Shown in pieces: positions 22,433-31,470 of a stretch of DNA of 64,000 nucleotides. The notes under the pieces are model-generated. The model searched no databases and had not been told where the DNA came from. It was given only the letters and a program-made list of their open reading frames with translations. The position numbers were made by a program, and so were the translations under genes. The DNA comes from a virus: IMG/VR virus record IMGVR_UViG_3300036852_000503; one strand, 5' to 3'. Position 1 is the stretch's first letter. Each line of letters begins with the position of its first letter.

Positions 22433-22935
22433 CCGAACGGTTTCTCGGCTACGTGATCGGCGTGGACCCCGGCACCAGCACCGGCGTGTTCGCGCTGCGG
22501 CTCGACGCCGACGGCGTGCGCCCAATCCACCGGTACCAGGGTGGACCCGACCCGGCGCTCGACTGGATCGAGAAGGTGCTGACGCACGCCGCGGCGCACG
22601 GCGAGACCGTGCACGTCGCGTGCGAGCGCTACACCGTGGGGCCTAAGACCGGTCTGCTGACGCAGCAACCGGTCGCCCTGCACGTCATCGGTCGACTGAA
22701 GCACCTCACGGGGACGTTCGACGTGCCGCTGACCATGCAGTCGCCGGGAGACGCCAAGAAGTTCGCGCCCAACGAACTACTCGAGACGCTCGGCTTCCGG
22801 GTCAAGCCGGCCGAGGTCGGCCGGCGCGACGCCAACGACGTGAACGACGCGGCGCGGCACGCCGTGCTGGTGCTCGCCAAGACGTGGGCAACACTCTTCG
22901 ACGCGCTCGTTCGCCGGACGTCGTCACCACGGTAG
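22429..22935 (+). CDS. RuvC-like Holliday junction resolvase
   Basis: 168 aa; VIGVDPGTSTGV, VACERY, DANDVNDAARHAVLVL (acidic catalytic residues in RuvC order). Confidence 0.7.
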   Translation: MTERFLGYVIGVDPGTSTGVFALRLDADGVRPIHRYQGGPDPALDWIEKVLTHAAAHGETVHVACERYTVGPKTGLLTQQPVALHVIGRLKHLTGTFDVPLTMQSPGDAKKFAPNELLETLGFRVKPAEVGRRDANDVNDAARHAVLVLAKTWATLFDALVRRTSSPR

Positions 22936-22982
22936 TGACGTGCGTTGGTAGTATTCCACTCGAAGCGGACTAAGGAGTCAAC

Positions 22983-23174
22983 GTGAACTACGTGAGTCAG
23001 GCCGTGCTGGCGTGGATCCTCAACGTCGTGGCGTCGCTGCTGGCGCGCGCGATCGACGGGCGCTCGCTGCGCGCCAACCTCGACCGGTTGCACACCGGCG
23101 CGTCGGTTGAGTGGGCGATCGGACTGCGCGAGCAGCAAGGTCGGCACGCGCTGCGCACGACGGCGACGGCGTGA
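22983..23174 (+). CDS. Hypothetical small protein (63 aa), N-terminal hydrophobic segment
   Basis: Track ORF; TAAGGAG RBS. A TGgTAGTAT extended -10 candidate lies at 22946-22954. Confidence 0.6.
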   Translation: MNYVSQAVLAWILNVVASLLARAIDGRSLRANLDRLHTGASVEWAIGLREQQGRHALRTTATA

Positions 23175-23175
23175 C

Positions 23176-25083
23176 TTGCCGCACGCCGACTACGACCCGA
23201 TCAGGAACCTCATCACGGTCGCCACGGTGTGGAGTGAGAAGGACCTCATTCGCTCCGTGTCCGGTGCCGGGTACCGCGACGGCGCGTGGCGCGTCCCCGC
23301 GACCTGGGCCTCGCTGGTCACCTTGCGCGGCGTCTTCAAGGAGACGCTCACCCTGGGCGAGACGCTCGTTTCGTGGGCCTGGGAGCTTCGTCGAGCACGC
23401 GTTGACCCAGCCTTGGAGGTACGGGCGCTCCTGGAGTGGCCGGTCACGGAGAACCTCAACGAGCACCTCTACCCGTTCCAGCGTGCGGGCGTCGAGTTCA
23501 TGCTGCGCGCCGGTAGCGGCCTCATCGGCGACGAGATGGGCACCGGTAAGTCGATCCAGCTGCTGTCCATGCTGCGCGCCCGGCTGCACCGGGGTGAGCC
23601 GGCGCTGCCGGCACTCATCATTTGCCCCAACTCGGTGAAGCGACACTGGGTCCGTGAGATCGACCGGTGGCTGCCGGGCGTGACGGCGTACAACGTGGAG
23701 GGAGGCGCGGTCCAGCGGCGTAAGGTACTCAAGAGCGCGCTTCACGATCCCACCGCGGTCGTGATCATCAACATCGAGTCGGTGCGGCTCTTCACGCGAC
23801 TCGCGCCGTACGGCGCGATCAAGCTCAAGCGCTGCCGCCAGTGCGACAAGCATCACGGCGACGAGGGTCTGACCGCGGCGCGCTGCGACGTGCACCACAA
23901 GGAGTTGAACGACTTCGAGTTCAGAACCGTGGCGCTCGACGAGGCGCACCGCGTCAAGGAGCCAAAGTCGCAGCAGACGCGCGCCATCTGGCACGTCATG
24001 CACCAGGCGTCGGTCCGGTACCGGTGGGCGCTGACCGGCACGCCGATCGCGAACCATCCCGGCGACCTCTGGTCGGTCATGCACGCCGTGGCGCCCGACG
24101 ACTTCCCGACGCGCTCGCAGTTCATCGAGAGGTACTGCCTATCCGGGTGGAACGCGTACGGCGCGCTTCAGATCGTGGGCATCCGGCCGGACACGCGCGA
24201 CGAGCTGTTCAAGCTCCTGGACCCGCGGTTCCGCCGGATGCTGAAGGCCGTGGTGCTGCCGCAGCTTCCACCCAAGGTCCGCCAGACGCGCTACGTGGAC
24301 ATGTCGACGGCGCAGGCGCGCATGTACGGCGAGCTGGACAAGTCGCTGATCACGCGACTGCCGGACGGCGAGCTGCTCATCGCGCCAACGCAGCTCGCCG
24401 CGCAGGTGCGGCTCATGCAGGTCGCGTCCACGTCGGTGAAGATAACCAAGCCGGACCCTGACCGCATGGAGACGTGGTCGGTGACGCTGGTCGAGCCGTC
24501 GACCAAGCTCGACGCGCTCGAGGAGGTGCTGGACGAGCGCGGCGTTCTCGCGCACGACTACGCCGGCCCGGCGGTGCTGATCGCCGCCGAGTTCAGGCAG
24601 CTGATCGACCTCGCCGCGCGGCGACTCGACAAGCTGGGGATCCACTACGCGCTCATCACCGGCGACGTGTCGCCGCACGACCGTGAGCGCGCGCTCGACG
24701 CGCTGCGGGCGCGCTCGATCCGCGCGCTGCTGTTCACGAACAAGGCGGGCGGGGTCGGCCTGGACATGTCCGCGTCCGACACGCTCATCAACCTCCAGCG
24801 CTCGTGGTCGCTCGTGGACGAGAGTCAGAAGGAGAACCGCAACCACCGGATCGGCTCGGAGATGCACGAGTGCGTGAACATCATCGACATCGTCATGAAG
24901 GGGACTGTCGAGGAGGTCCAGGTGACGCGGCTGCACGAGAAGCTCGAGCGGCTGGACGAGATCACGCGCGACCGGGCCGCACTTCTCCGGGCCAACGTCA
25001 ACGCCGACACAACCGATCTCGACGCACTGGAGGCTCTCATCTTGAACACTCCCATCGGACTACCTAGCGTAAGTGAGGAGTGA
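23176..25083 (+). CDS. SNF2-family helicase/ATPase
   Basis: Track ORF 23107..25083. Likely TTG 23176, directly after the upstream stop. Motifs LIGDEMGTGKS, LDEAHRVK, WALTGTPIAN, and the C-terminal helicase lobe TNKAGGVGLD...QKENRNHRIGS. Confidence 0.88.
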   Translation: MPHADYDPIRNLITVATVWSEKDLIRSVSGAGYRDGAWRVPATWASLVTLRGVFKETLTLGETLVSWAWELRRARVDPALEVRALLEWPVTENLNEHLYPFQRAGVEFMLRAGSGLIGDEMGTGKSIQLLSMLRARLHRGEPALPALIICPNSVKRHWVREIDRWLPGVTAYNVEGGAVQRRKVLKSALHDPTAVVIINIESVRLFTRLAPYGAIKLKRCRQCDKHHGDEGLTAARCDVHHKELNDFEFRTVALDEAHRVKEPKSQQTRAIWHVMHQASVRYRWALTGTPIANHPGDLWSVMHAVAPDDFPTRSQFIERYCLSGWNAYGALQIVGIRPDTRDELFKLLDPRFRRMLKAVVLPQLPPKVRQTRYVDMSTAQARMYGELDKSLITRLPDGELLIAPTQLAAQVRLMQVASTSVKITKPDPDRMETWSVTLVEPSTKLDALEEVLDERGVLAHDYAGPAVLIAAEFRQLIDLAARRLDKLGIHYALITGDVSPHDRERALDALRARSIRALLFTNKAGGVGLDMSASDTLINLQRSWSLVDESQKENRNHRIGSEMHECVNIIDIVMKGTVEEVQVTRLHEKLERLDEITRDRAALLRANVNADTTDLDALEALILNTPIGLPSVSEE

Positions 25084-26491
25084 TGTGTACACTCCGGACG
25101 AGTTGACCGGCGCGATCGTGCTCGACGTGCGCACTCGCTACAAGCTGTCGCGCGTCGAGTTCAGCGATCTCGTCGGCTTCAGCGGCAAGAGCACGGCGCG
25201 ACTCAACAACATCGAGAAGCGCGACTCGTGGAAGGCCGGCGACCGCGAGATGATCGCGGCCGCGATCAACACGCTCGTCAAGACGGCCGGCGCGGTTGGT
25301 GCGGTCAAGTCGCGCGGCGAGTCGTCGGCGTCGGCGATGCACGTCACGCACCCGGCGTCGGGTGACGGCGGCTCGGTCGTGCTGCTCGATCCCGACTACG
25401 AGGACGAGTTGAACGAGCAGCTCGTGGCGGTGCTGCCGATCGAGGACTTCGTGCCTCCGGCGTGGGAGCTCGCGCCGCCCGTGCTCCCGGCGCAGCTGGA
25501 CCCCGAGGTGCACGCGTTCAGCAACTCGGAGTTCCAGACGTTCAAGCGCTGCCGGCGCAAGTGGTGGCTCGCGTGGTACCGCAACATGGTGCTGCGAACC
25601 GAGGACTACACGGGCGTCCGGTCGACCGGAACGCGTGTTCACACGGCGCTCGAGGCGTGGTACGTTCCGGAGGGACGGCAGCGCGTCGACCCGCGCGACG
25701 CCCTGGAGCGCGTCATCGTCGAGGACTGGACTAAGATCATCAACCTCGCGCAGTCGCGCGGCGCGAACGACGAGCAGCTCGCCGAGTTGGCCACCGACTT
25801 CGCCGGGAGCACCAATCTCGAGCGTGCGATGGTGGAGGGCTACGTCCAGTGGCTCGAGGAGACGGGCGCCGACTCGGAGCTTCGCATCGTGGGCTCCGAG
25901 GTGCCCATGATCGTGGACGTCGAGCTGCCCATGGGCGACGACGAGCCTCGGCAGATCCAGCTGATCGGCCTGCTGGACTCGCGGGCTCACCGGGTGACCG
26001 ACGGCAAGCGGTTGTTCGTCGACCACAAGACCGTGGGCGACTTGCAGGGGCCGGTGATCACACTACCGCAGAACGAGCAGATGCTCCACTACCACCTTCT
26101 GGAGTTTCTGAGCGGCGGCGACGGCGACGCGCTGTGCGACGGCGCGCTCTACAACATGCTTCGTCGCGTCAAGCGTTCGGCGCGCGCCAAGCCGCCGTTC
26201 TACGAGCGTGTCGAGGTGCGGCACAACCAGTTCGAGCTCGACTCGTACAAGCAGCGTGCGTTCGCCGTGTCGCGGGAAATCCTTCGCACGATCGACGCCC
26301 TGGACCGTGGCGAGCATCACCTCGACGTCGTGTACCCGTCACCAACATCGTCGTGCCGTTGGGACTGTGATTTTTTTGCCGTCTGCAACATGTTCGACGA
26401 CGGGTCGAGCGGCGTCAACGACATGATCGGCGCGCTCTACACCCAGGGCAACCCGCGCGAGCGCTACGACAAGAAGGGTCGCGACGCGTGA
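25073..26491 (+). CDS. HTH domain fused to a PD-(D/E)XK Cas4/RecB-like exonuclease
   Basis: 472 aa (the start could be GTG 25085). XRE-like LSRVEFSDLVGFSGKSTARLNNIEKRD. Nuclease part FSNSEFQTFKRCRRKWWLAWY...DHK... and C-terminal Cys cluster SSCRWDCDFFAVC. Confidence 0.75.
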   Translation: MRSDVYTPDELTGAIVLDVRTRYKLSRVEFSDLVGFSGKSTARLNNIEKRDSWKAGDREMIAAAINTLVKTAGAVGAVKSRGESSASAMHVTHPASGDGGSVVLLDPDYEDELNEQLVAVLPIEDFVPPAWELAPPVLPAQLDPEVHAFSNSEFQTFKRCRRKWWLAWYRNMVLRTEDYTGVRSTGTRVHTALEAWYVPEGRQRVDPRDALERVIVEDWTKIINLAQSRGANDEQLAELATDFAGSTNLERAMVEGYVQWLEETGADSELRIVGSEVPMIVDVELPMGDDEPRQIQLIGLLDSRAHRVTDGKRLFVDHKTVGDLQGPVITLPQNEQMLHYHLLEFLSGGDGDALCDGALYNMLRRVKRSARAKPPFYERVEVRHNQFELDSYKQRAFAVSREILRTIDALDRGEHHLDVVYPSPTSSCRWDCDFFAVCNMFDDGSSGVNDMIGALYTQGNPRERYDKKGRDA

Positions 26492-27375
26492 CCGAACCAA
26501 CGTCCGAGCAGTCCGTGGCCGTCGAGCCGCCGGTGCTGTTCGACACCCACGAGCGCTTCTCACTCCTCATCCACGGGCCGTCGAAGATCGGCAAGTCGTC
26601 GCTCTCGGGGACTGCGCCCAAGCCGGTGCTCGTGCTGGACGCCGAGGGGAGTTGGCGCTTCATCCCGGTGCGTAAGATCTACTGGGATCCAGTCGGGCCG
26701 CCGCCGGTGTACGACGGCACGTGGGACGCGTGCATCGTCACGATCAACGCGTGGGCCACGGTCCAGCTCGTGTACAACTGGGTGTCGCAGTACATCACCC
26801 CGTTCGTGTCGATCGTGATCGACTCGATCACCGAGATTCAGCGCCGCTGCAAGGCGAATCTGGTCGGGCACGAGGCGCCTAAGATGCAGGACTGGGGCGT
26901 GCTCCTGTCGCAGATGGACGCGGTGATCCGCGGCTTCCGCGACCTAGCGCTCATTCCGTCGCTCAACACACGCTGCGTGATGTTCATCGCCGAGACGCGC
27001 ATGTCGCACAATACCGGCAAGTGGGTGCCGTACATGCAGGGGCAGATCTCCGTGTCGCTGCCCTACTGGGTGGACGTGTGCGGTTACATGTACCCCGACT
27101 GGGAGCCCGACGCCAACGGGCAGCCGAGTCAGGAGGTCCGGCGACTGTGGATCTCACCTCACCCGCAGTACGAGTCGGGCGAGCGGGTCCAGGGTCGACT
27201 CGGCAACGTCATCACCATTCACAAGCCCGACGTGGGAAGGAGCGGCCAGGACGTTGAAAACTGGATGAACATCATCTTCAACCGGGTCGCGACGACGGCC
27301 GACGCGCCGGTCATCACCACCGAACTCCCATCGATCACTCACGTTGCGTCGGCTCACGTCGCAACGGAAGGTTAG
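26488..27375 (+). CDS. RecA-fold AAA ATPase (Sak4-like recombination protein)
   Basis: Walker A LLIHGPSKIGKSSL; Walker B-like VSIVIDSITE; GTGA coupling. Confidence 0.7.
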   Translation: MTEPTSEQSVAVEPPVLFDTHERFSLLIHGPSKIGKSSLSGTAPKPVLVLDAEGSWRFIPVRKIYWDPVGPPPVYDGTWDACIVTINAWATVQLVYNWVSQYITPFVSIVIDSITEIQRRCKANLVGHEAPKMQDWGVLLSQMDAVIRGFRDLALIPSLNTRCVMFIAETRMSHNTGKWVPYMQGQISVSLPYWVDVCGYMYPDWEPDANGQPSQEVRRLWISPHPQYESGERVQGRLGNVITIHKPDVGRSGQDVENWMNIIFNRVATTADAPVITTELPSITHVASAHVATEG

Positions 27376-27384
27376 GAGTAGCAC

Positions 27385-28104
27385 GTGTCCACGATTGACT
27401 TCACCAAGGCTCTGGCCGACGCGAAGACCGTGTCGTTCGAGCCGCTGCCCAACGGCGACTACGACGTCGAGGTGGTGTCCGCGGAGGCCGTGACGGCGAG
27501 CACGGGCAAGCCGATGATCAAGACCAAGATGAAGGTCATCACCGGCCCGCACATGAACAAGCCGATCATCAACAACTTCACGCTGTCGCTGGACAACCCG
27601 GTCGCTGTGTCGATCTTCTTCCGGCACATGAAGTACTTCGGCATCGACGACGCGTTCTTCGCCGCACTCGGCTCGCAGGGCAGCCTGGCACCGGTCGCGC
27701 AGGCCATGGTGGGTCGCCGCGTCAAGCTGTCGCTGACGCAGCGCGAGTGGGGCGGCGAGATGCGGAACAACGTCGCCGGCGTCAAGCCGTACACCGGCGC
27801 GCCGGGCGCAGGTCCCGCCGGCCCCGCCGGGCCCGGCTCGTTCACGCCCGGCCCGGTGACGGGTCCGGGTGCCGCGGTGGTGGCGCCCATGCCCACCGCT
27901 CCGGCGCCGACGCCCGCCCCGGCACCCGCCCCGGCCGCTCAGCCGGCTCCCGCGGCACAGCCCGTCGCGCCGCCGGTGCCAGCACAGCCGACGCCGGCCG
28001 CGGCCGTCCAGGATGTCCAGAGCATCCCCACGGCCGCCGAGGTGGCGCCGCCGTTGACCGCGTCGGCACCCGTCATCCCGCCTCCGCCGGAGTTGCCCAT
28101 CTAG
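27385..28104 (+). CDS. Sak4-associated ssDNA-binding-like protein with a Pro/Ala-rich tail
   Basis: 239 aa; N-terminal FEPLPNGDYDVEVVSAE...KPMIKTKMKVITGP. The last roughly 100 aa are low-complexity P/A. The family (DUF669-like) was judged by eye. Confidence 0.45.
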   Translation: MSTIDFTKALADAKTVSFEPLPNGDYDVEVVSAEAVTASTGKPMIKTKMKVITGPHMNKPIINNFTLSLDNPVAVSIFFRHMKYFGIDDAFFAALGSQGSLAPVAQAMVGRRVKLSLTQREWGGEMRNNVAGVKPYTGAPGAGPAGPAGPGSFTPGPVTGPGAAVVAPMPTAPAPTPAPAPAPAAQPAPAAQPVAPPVPAQPTPAAAVQDVQSIPTAAEVAPPLTASAPVIPPPPELPI

Positions 28105-28136
28105 TCCACGCCCCACCGAGTTGACGGGATGAACCT

Positions 28137-28688
28137 ATGGATCGACGTCGGCACGTCGTGTTCGACCTCGACGGCGTCCTACTGGACACCGCCGACATCA
28201 TCACGGTCGCGTACATGCGTGCCGGCGTCGACCCACCTCACAACATTCTCGAGTGCGAGGGCACGAACTGGCTCGCTGGGCAGGTCCAGGGTGACGAGCT
28301 CACGCGGGTGCGCCGGCACAAGAACGAGTTCTACCTCGACATGCTGCGACGCTTCGAGGCCGCGCACATGCCCGCGTTCACCACGGTGTGGGACTTGCTT
28401 GACCGTGGGTATCGGCTGCACGTGCTCACCGGCGCGCCGAGCGGCGCGATCGAGGCGCTTCGCGAGGGTTACTACGGCGAGAGCAACTGGCCCTTCACGT
28501 CCGCGTTCGACGGCGTCACCACGCCCGAGAAGATGAAGTTGCTTGCCCGCCTTGGTGACGGCGGGGTGTATATTGACGACCAGGCGCGGCTCGTCGATGT
28601 TCCCGACGGCTGGCGCTTCATCCACTACACCGGTCAGAGCGCGGACGAGTTGCTCCGGCTGGTCGAGCACGGCGAGAGGAAAGTTTAA
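28137..28688 (+). CDS. HAD-superfamily hydrolase/phosphatase
   Basis: Motif I VVFDLDGVLLDT; motif III/IV region GGVYIDDQ. Confidence 0.75.
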   Translation: MDRRRHVVFDLDGVLLDTADIITVAYMRAGVDPPHNILECEGTNWLAGQVQGDELTRVRRHKNEFYLDMLRRFEAAHMPAFTTVWDLLDRGYRLHVLTGAPSGAIEALREGYYGESNWPFTSAFDGVTTPEKMKLLARLGDGGVYIDDQARLVDVPDGWRFIHYTGQSADELLRLVEHGERKV

Positions 28689-29579
28689 GTGCGACTCTGT
28701 GTAGGTGCGGTATCGCAGCGGGTCGTCGAGGAGGCGGCCAAGCTCCAGGTGCACCAGGTCGTCGCGTCGCGGCGTCAGGTGGACGTCGGCGGGGGTTACA
28801 CCGGCTACGACCAGACGACGCTGGTCGACACGGTCAAGCGGTTGAGCGAGGGTAACACGAAGGTGGTGCGTGATCACGGCGGGCCGCTCCAAGGTGGCAC
28901 CGACGACGACGGCCGCGCGTCGCTGGATGCCGACGTTCAGGCCGGGTTCGACGGCCTGCACCTCGACGTCTGCCAGTTGCCGTACGACCGGCAGGTGACC
29001 GAGCTGCTCGAGCTGCTCGAGACGTACGGCAACCTGGGCCTGACCATTGAGATCGGTGGCGAGCACGACACCCAGGAGCACAACGCGCTGCTGCTCGGCG
29101 CCGCGCTCGCGTTCGGCGTCGAGATCGACTACGCGGTAGTGGGCTTCGGTTCGCGTGTCTGGGCCGACCGACAGTACGGCGCGCCGACCTACGCGGGCAA
29201 GCTTATGCTCACCAGCGCGCGCGCGAACGCGCTCGGCGTCAAGACTAAGATTCACAACGTGGACTGGGTCGGCGGCCGAGTCGCGAACTACGCGGGTACA
29301 GTCGACGCGTACAACATCGCGCCCGAGTTCGGCGCCGTCGAGATCGACGCGCTGCTCACCGTTCTCAACTCGGACGTGGCGTACGGGCTGCTCGAGTTCG
29401 CGCACAAGAGTAAACTCTGGACCCGCTGGTTCAACGCGAACGAGGGCACGTGGTTCGACCGTGCCAAGTGCGCGCTGCGCTACCTCCAGTGGTCCAGTGA
29501 GGTGCAGGATGTCACGCTCAGCCACGACGCCGACCAGTTTGTGAGGATGATGATCCGTGATGCAATTCAGCGTGGGTGA
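28689..29579 (+). CDS. TIM-barrel sugar-phosphate enzyme-like protein (tagatose/fructose-bisphosphate-aldolase-like)
   Basis: 296-aa ORF, GTG start 1 nt after the HAD stop; SRRQVD...GYTG...VVRDHGGP...HLDV...EIGGEH pattern. Family assignment is tentative. Confidence 0.4.
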   Translation: MRLCVGAVSQRVVEEAAKLQVHQVVASRRQVDVGGGYTGYDQTTLVDTVKRLSEGNTKVVRDHGGPLQGGTDDDGRASLDADVQAGFDGLHLDVCQLPYDRQVTELLELLETYGNLGLTIEIGGEHDTQEHNALLLGAALAFGVEIDYAVVGFGSRVWADRQYGAPTYAGKLMLTSARANALGVKTKIHNVDWVGGRVANYAGTVDAYNIAPEFGAVEIDALLTVLNSDVAYGLLEFAHKSKLWTRWFNANEGTWFDRAKCALRYLQWSSEVQDVTLSHDADQFVRMMIRDAIQRG

Positions 29580-29949
29580 GCTGTTCGACATCCTACTCGC
29601 CGGCGAGGTGACGCTCACCTACAAGCCGTGGGGTAGCGAGCGGACGGTGGCCACCGAGCACTTCCTGCTCAAGCTGATCGACGTGCACGCCGGCGAGCGG
29701 ACGTCGCTTCAGCACCACGTCAGGAAGTATGAGATCCACTGGATCATGGGTGGCGACGGCACCATCGAGGGTACGCCCGACGACGACCTCTTCCGACCGC
29801 GACCGTCCGGTGCCTACCCGGTCTACCCCGGCACGGTGCACCGCGCGGTGGGACCGCTGACCATTCTCGAGATCAGCACCAACCACCCGGACGACGTGGT
29901 CCGACACGAGGACGACTACGGTCGCTCGGCGACAGACGGCGGTGAGTGA
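29557..29949 (+). CDS. Cupin-domain protein (sugar-phosphate isomerase/epimerase-like)
   Basis: 130 aa; cupin motifs HAGERTSLQHHVRKYEIHWIMGGDG and PGTVHRAVGP. Confidence 0.6.
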   Translation: MMQFSVGELFDILLAGEVTLTYKPWGSERTVATEHFLLKLIDVHAGERTSLQHHVRKYEIHWIMGGDGTIEGTPDDDLFRPRPSGAYPVYPGTVHRAVGPLTILEISTNHPDDVVRHEDDYGRSATDGGE

Positions 29950-29952
29950 TCG

Positions 29953-31470
29953 ATGACCGCGTTCGTGATCGTCGCCGCTGGGCTCGGTACCCGCGTGGGC
30001 CGGGTCGGCGAGTCGTTGCACAAGTCGCTGATTCCCCTCGCGCAGCGCGCCGTGCTGTCGCACCTCTTCGACCTGGCGCCTCGCGACGCGCGACTCGTCG
30101 TCTGCGTGGGTCACCGCGCCGGTCAGATCCGTGACTACGTGGCCTTGGCGCACCCGCAGCTCGCGGTTGAGTTTGTCGACGTGCCCGACTGGAACGGGCC
30201 TCACGGAGGACCTGGGGCGTCGCTACTGGCCGCTCGCGAGGCGGTGGGCGACGACGACGACCTGATCGTCACGTCGTGCGACACGCTCTGGGGCCGTGAC
30301 CAGGGTCTCTGGCACGACTCGAGTTCGTGGGTCGCCGTCGCGCCCATTCCCGCGGGCACCGACCCGATCCGCTGGACGCGCGTGGAGCACAACTCCGATC
30401 GCGTGTCCACGATCTACGACAAGCGTCACGGCGGTAGCGGCAACGAGCCGGCGTGGACCGGTCTGGCGCGCGTCGCGGCGCGGGACCTGCCCACGTTCTG
30501 GTCCGGGTTGACGAGCGCGCGACCGGCGCACGAGTTGCAGATCGTAAGCGGACTCGACGAGATCAGACACAACCTGCGGGTCAAGTGGATCGACTGGACC
30601 GACGTCGGCGACGAGACCGCGTACGCGAGCGCCGTCGCGCGCGTGAGCGGTTACGACTTCGTCAAGTACGACCAGGCCACGTACGTGCTGCCCACCGAGG
30701 GCCGGGTCGTCAAGTTCAACGCCGACCCGGAGGTGATCACTCACCGAATTCACCGCGCCGCGCACCTCACGACGATGGTGCCGACTCCGATCGTGTCGGG
30801 CAACGACGCCACGCTCATGGCGCACCCGTACGTTCCCGGCGTCACCGCGTACGACGCGGTCGAGCTGCACGACGTCGAGCTCACGCACCGCATTCTCGAC
30901 TGGTTCGACGCGACGGTGGGCAGCTCGACGGCGCACGCGCCGCTACCCGGTGCGCGCGGCACACGGCAGAGTTTGAACGAGTTCTACGTGAACAAGACCC
31001 TCGGGCGCGTCGCGCAGCTTCCCGCGCGGCTGCGGGCTTCCGCGCGCGATGCGGTGGACGCGGTCGACTGGGTCGCGCTGCTGGACGGCGCGGTCTGGGG
31101 GACGCCGCACGGCGACTTCAACCACGGCAACATCATCGTGACGCCGGGTGGCGAGCTGGTCGGCATCGACTGGCGCGAGAACTTCGCGGGCAGCTACTAC
31201 GGCGACATCCGCTACGACCTGGGCAAGCTGCTCGCCGGAACGGTGGTGCACTGGCAGCGTGCCCAGTGGGGCGACTTCCGACCCTGGGTTGAGGGTGAGA
31301 AGCACGCGCTGGCGATCCGCGAGTTCGTCGAGCGCATGCCCGGCGTGGACGTCCGCGACATCGAGATCATCGGCGCGCTGTCACTTCTCAACTGCGCCCC
31401 ACTCCACGCGGCGCCGCTCGACGAGATCCTCGTCGCGCGGGGCTGCGCGTGGCTCCAGCGGGTGCTGTGA
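29953..31470 (+). CDS. Bifunctional sugar-1-phosphate nucleotidyltransferase / APH-choline-kinase-fold sugar kinase
   Basis: 505 aa. N-terminal VIVAAGLGTRVGRVGESLHKSLIPLA (NTP-transferase G-loop). C-terminal HGDFNHGNIIV...GIDWRE (kinase catalytic loop plus DxD-like). Confidence 0.7.
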   Translation: MTAFVIVAAGLGTRVGRVGESLHKSLIPLAQRAVLSHLFDLAPRDARLVVCVGHRAGQIRDYVALAHPQLAVEFVDVPDWNGPHGGPGASLLAAREAVGDDDDLIVTSCDTLWGRDQGLWHDSSSWVAVAPIPAGTDPIRWTRVEHNSDRVSTIYDKRHGGSGNEPAWTGLARVAARDLPTFWSGLTSARPAHELQIVSGLDEIRHNLRVKWIDWTDVGDETAYASAVARVSGYDFVKYDQATYVLPTEGRVVKFNADPEVITHRIHRAAHLTTMVPTPIVSGNDATLMAHPYVPGVTAYDAVELHDVELTHRILDWFDATVGSSTAHAPLPGARGTRQSLNEFYVNKTLGRVAQLPARLRASARDAVDAVDWVALLDGAVWGTPHGDFNHGNIIVTPGGELVGIDWRENFAGSYYGDIRYDLGKLLAGTVVHWQRAQWGDFRPWVEGEKHALAIREFVERMPGVDVRDIEIIGALSLLNCAPLHAAPLDEILVARGCAWLQRVL

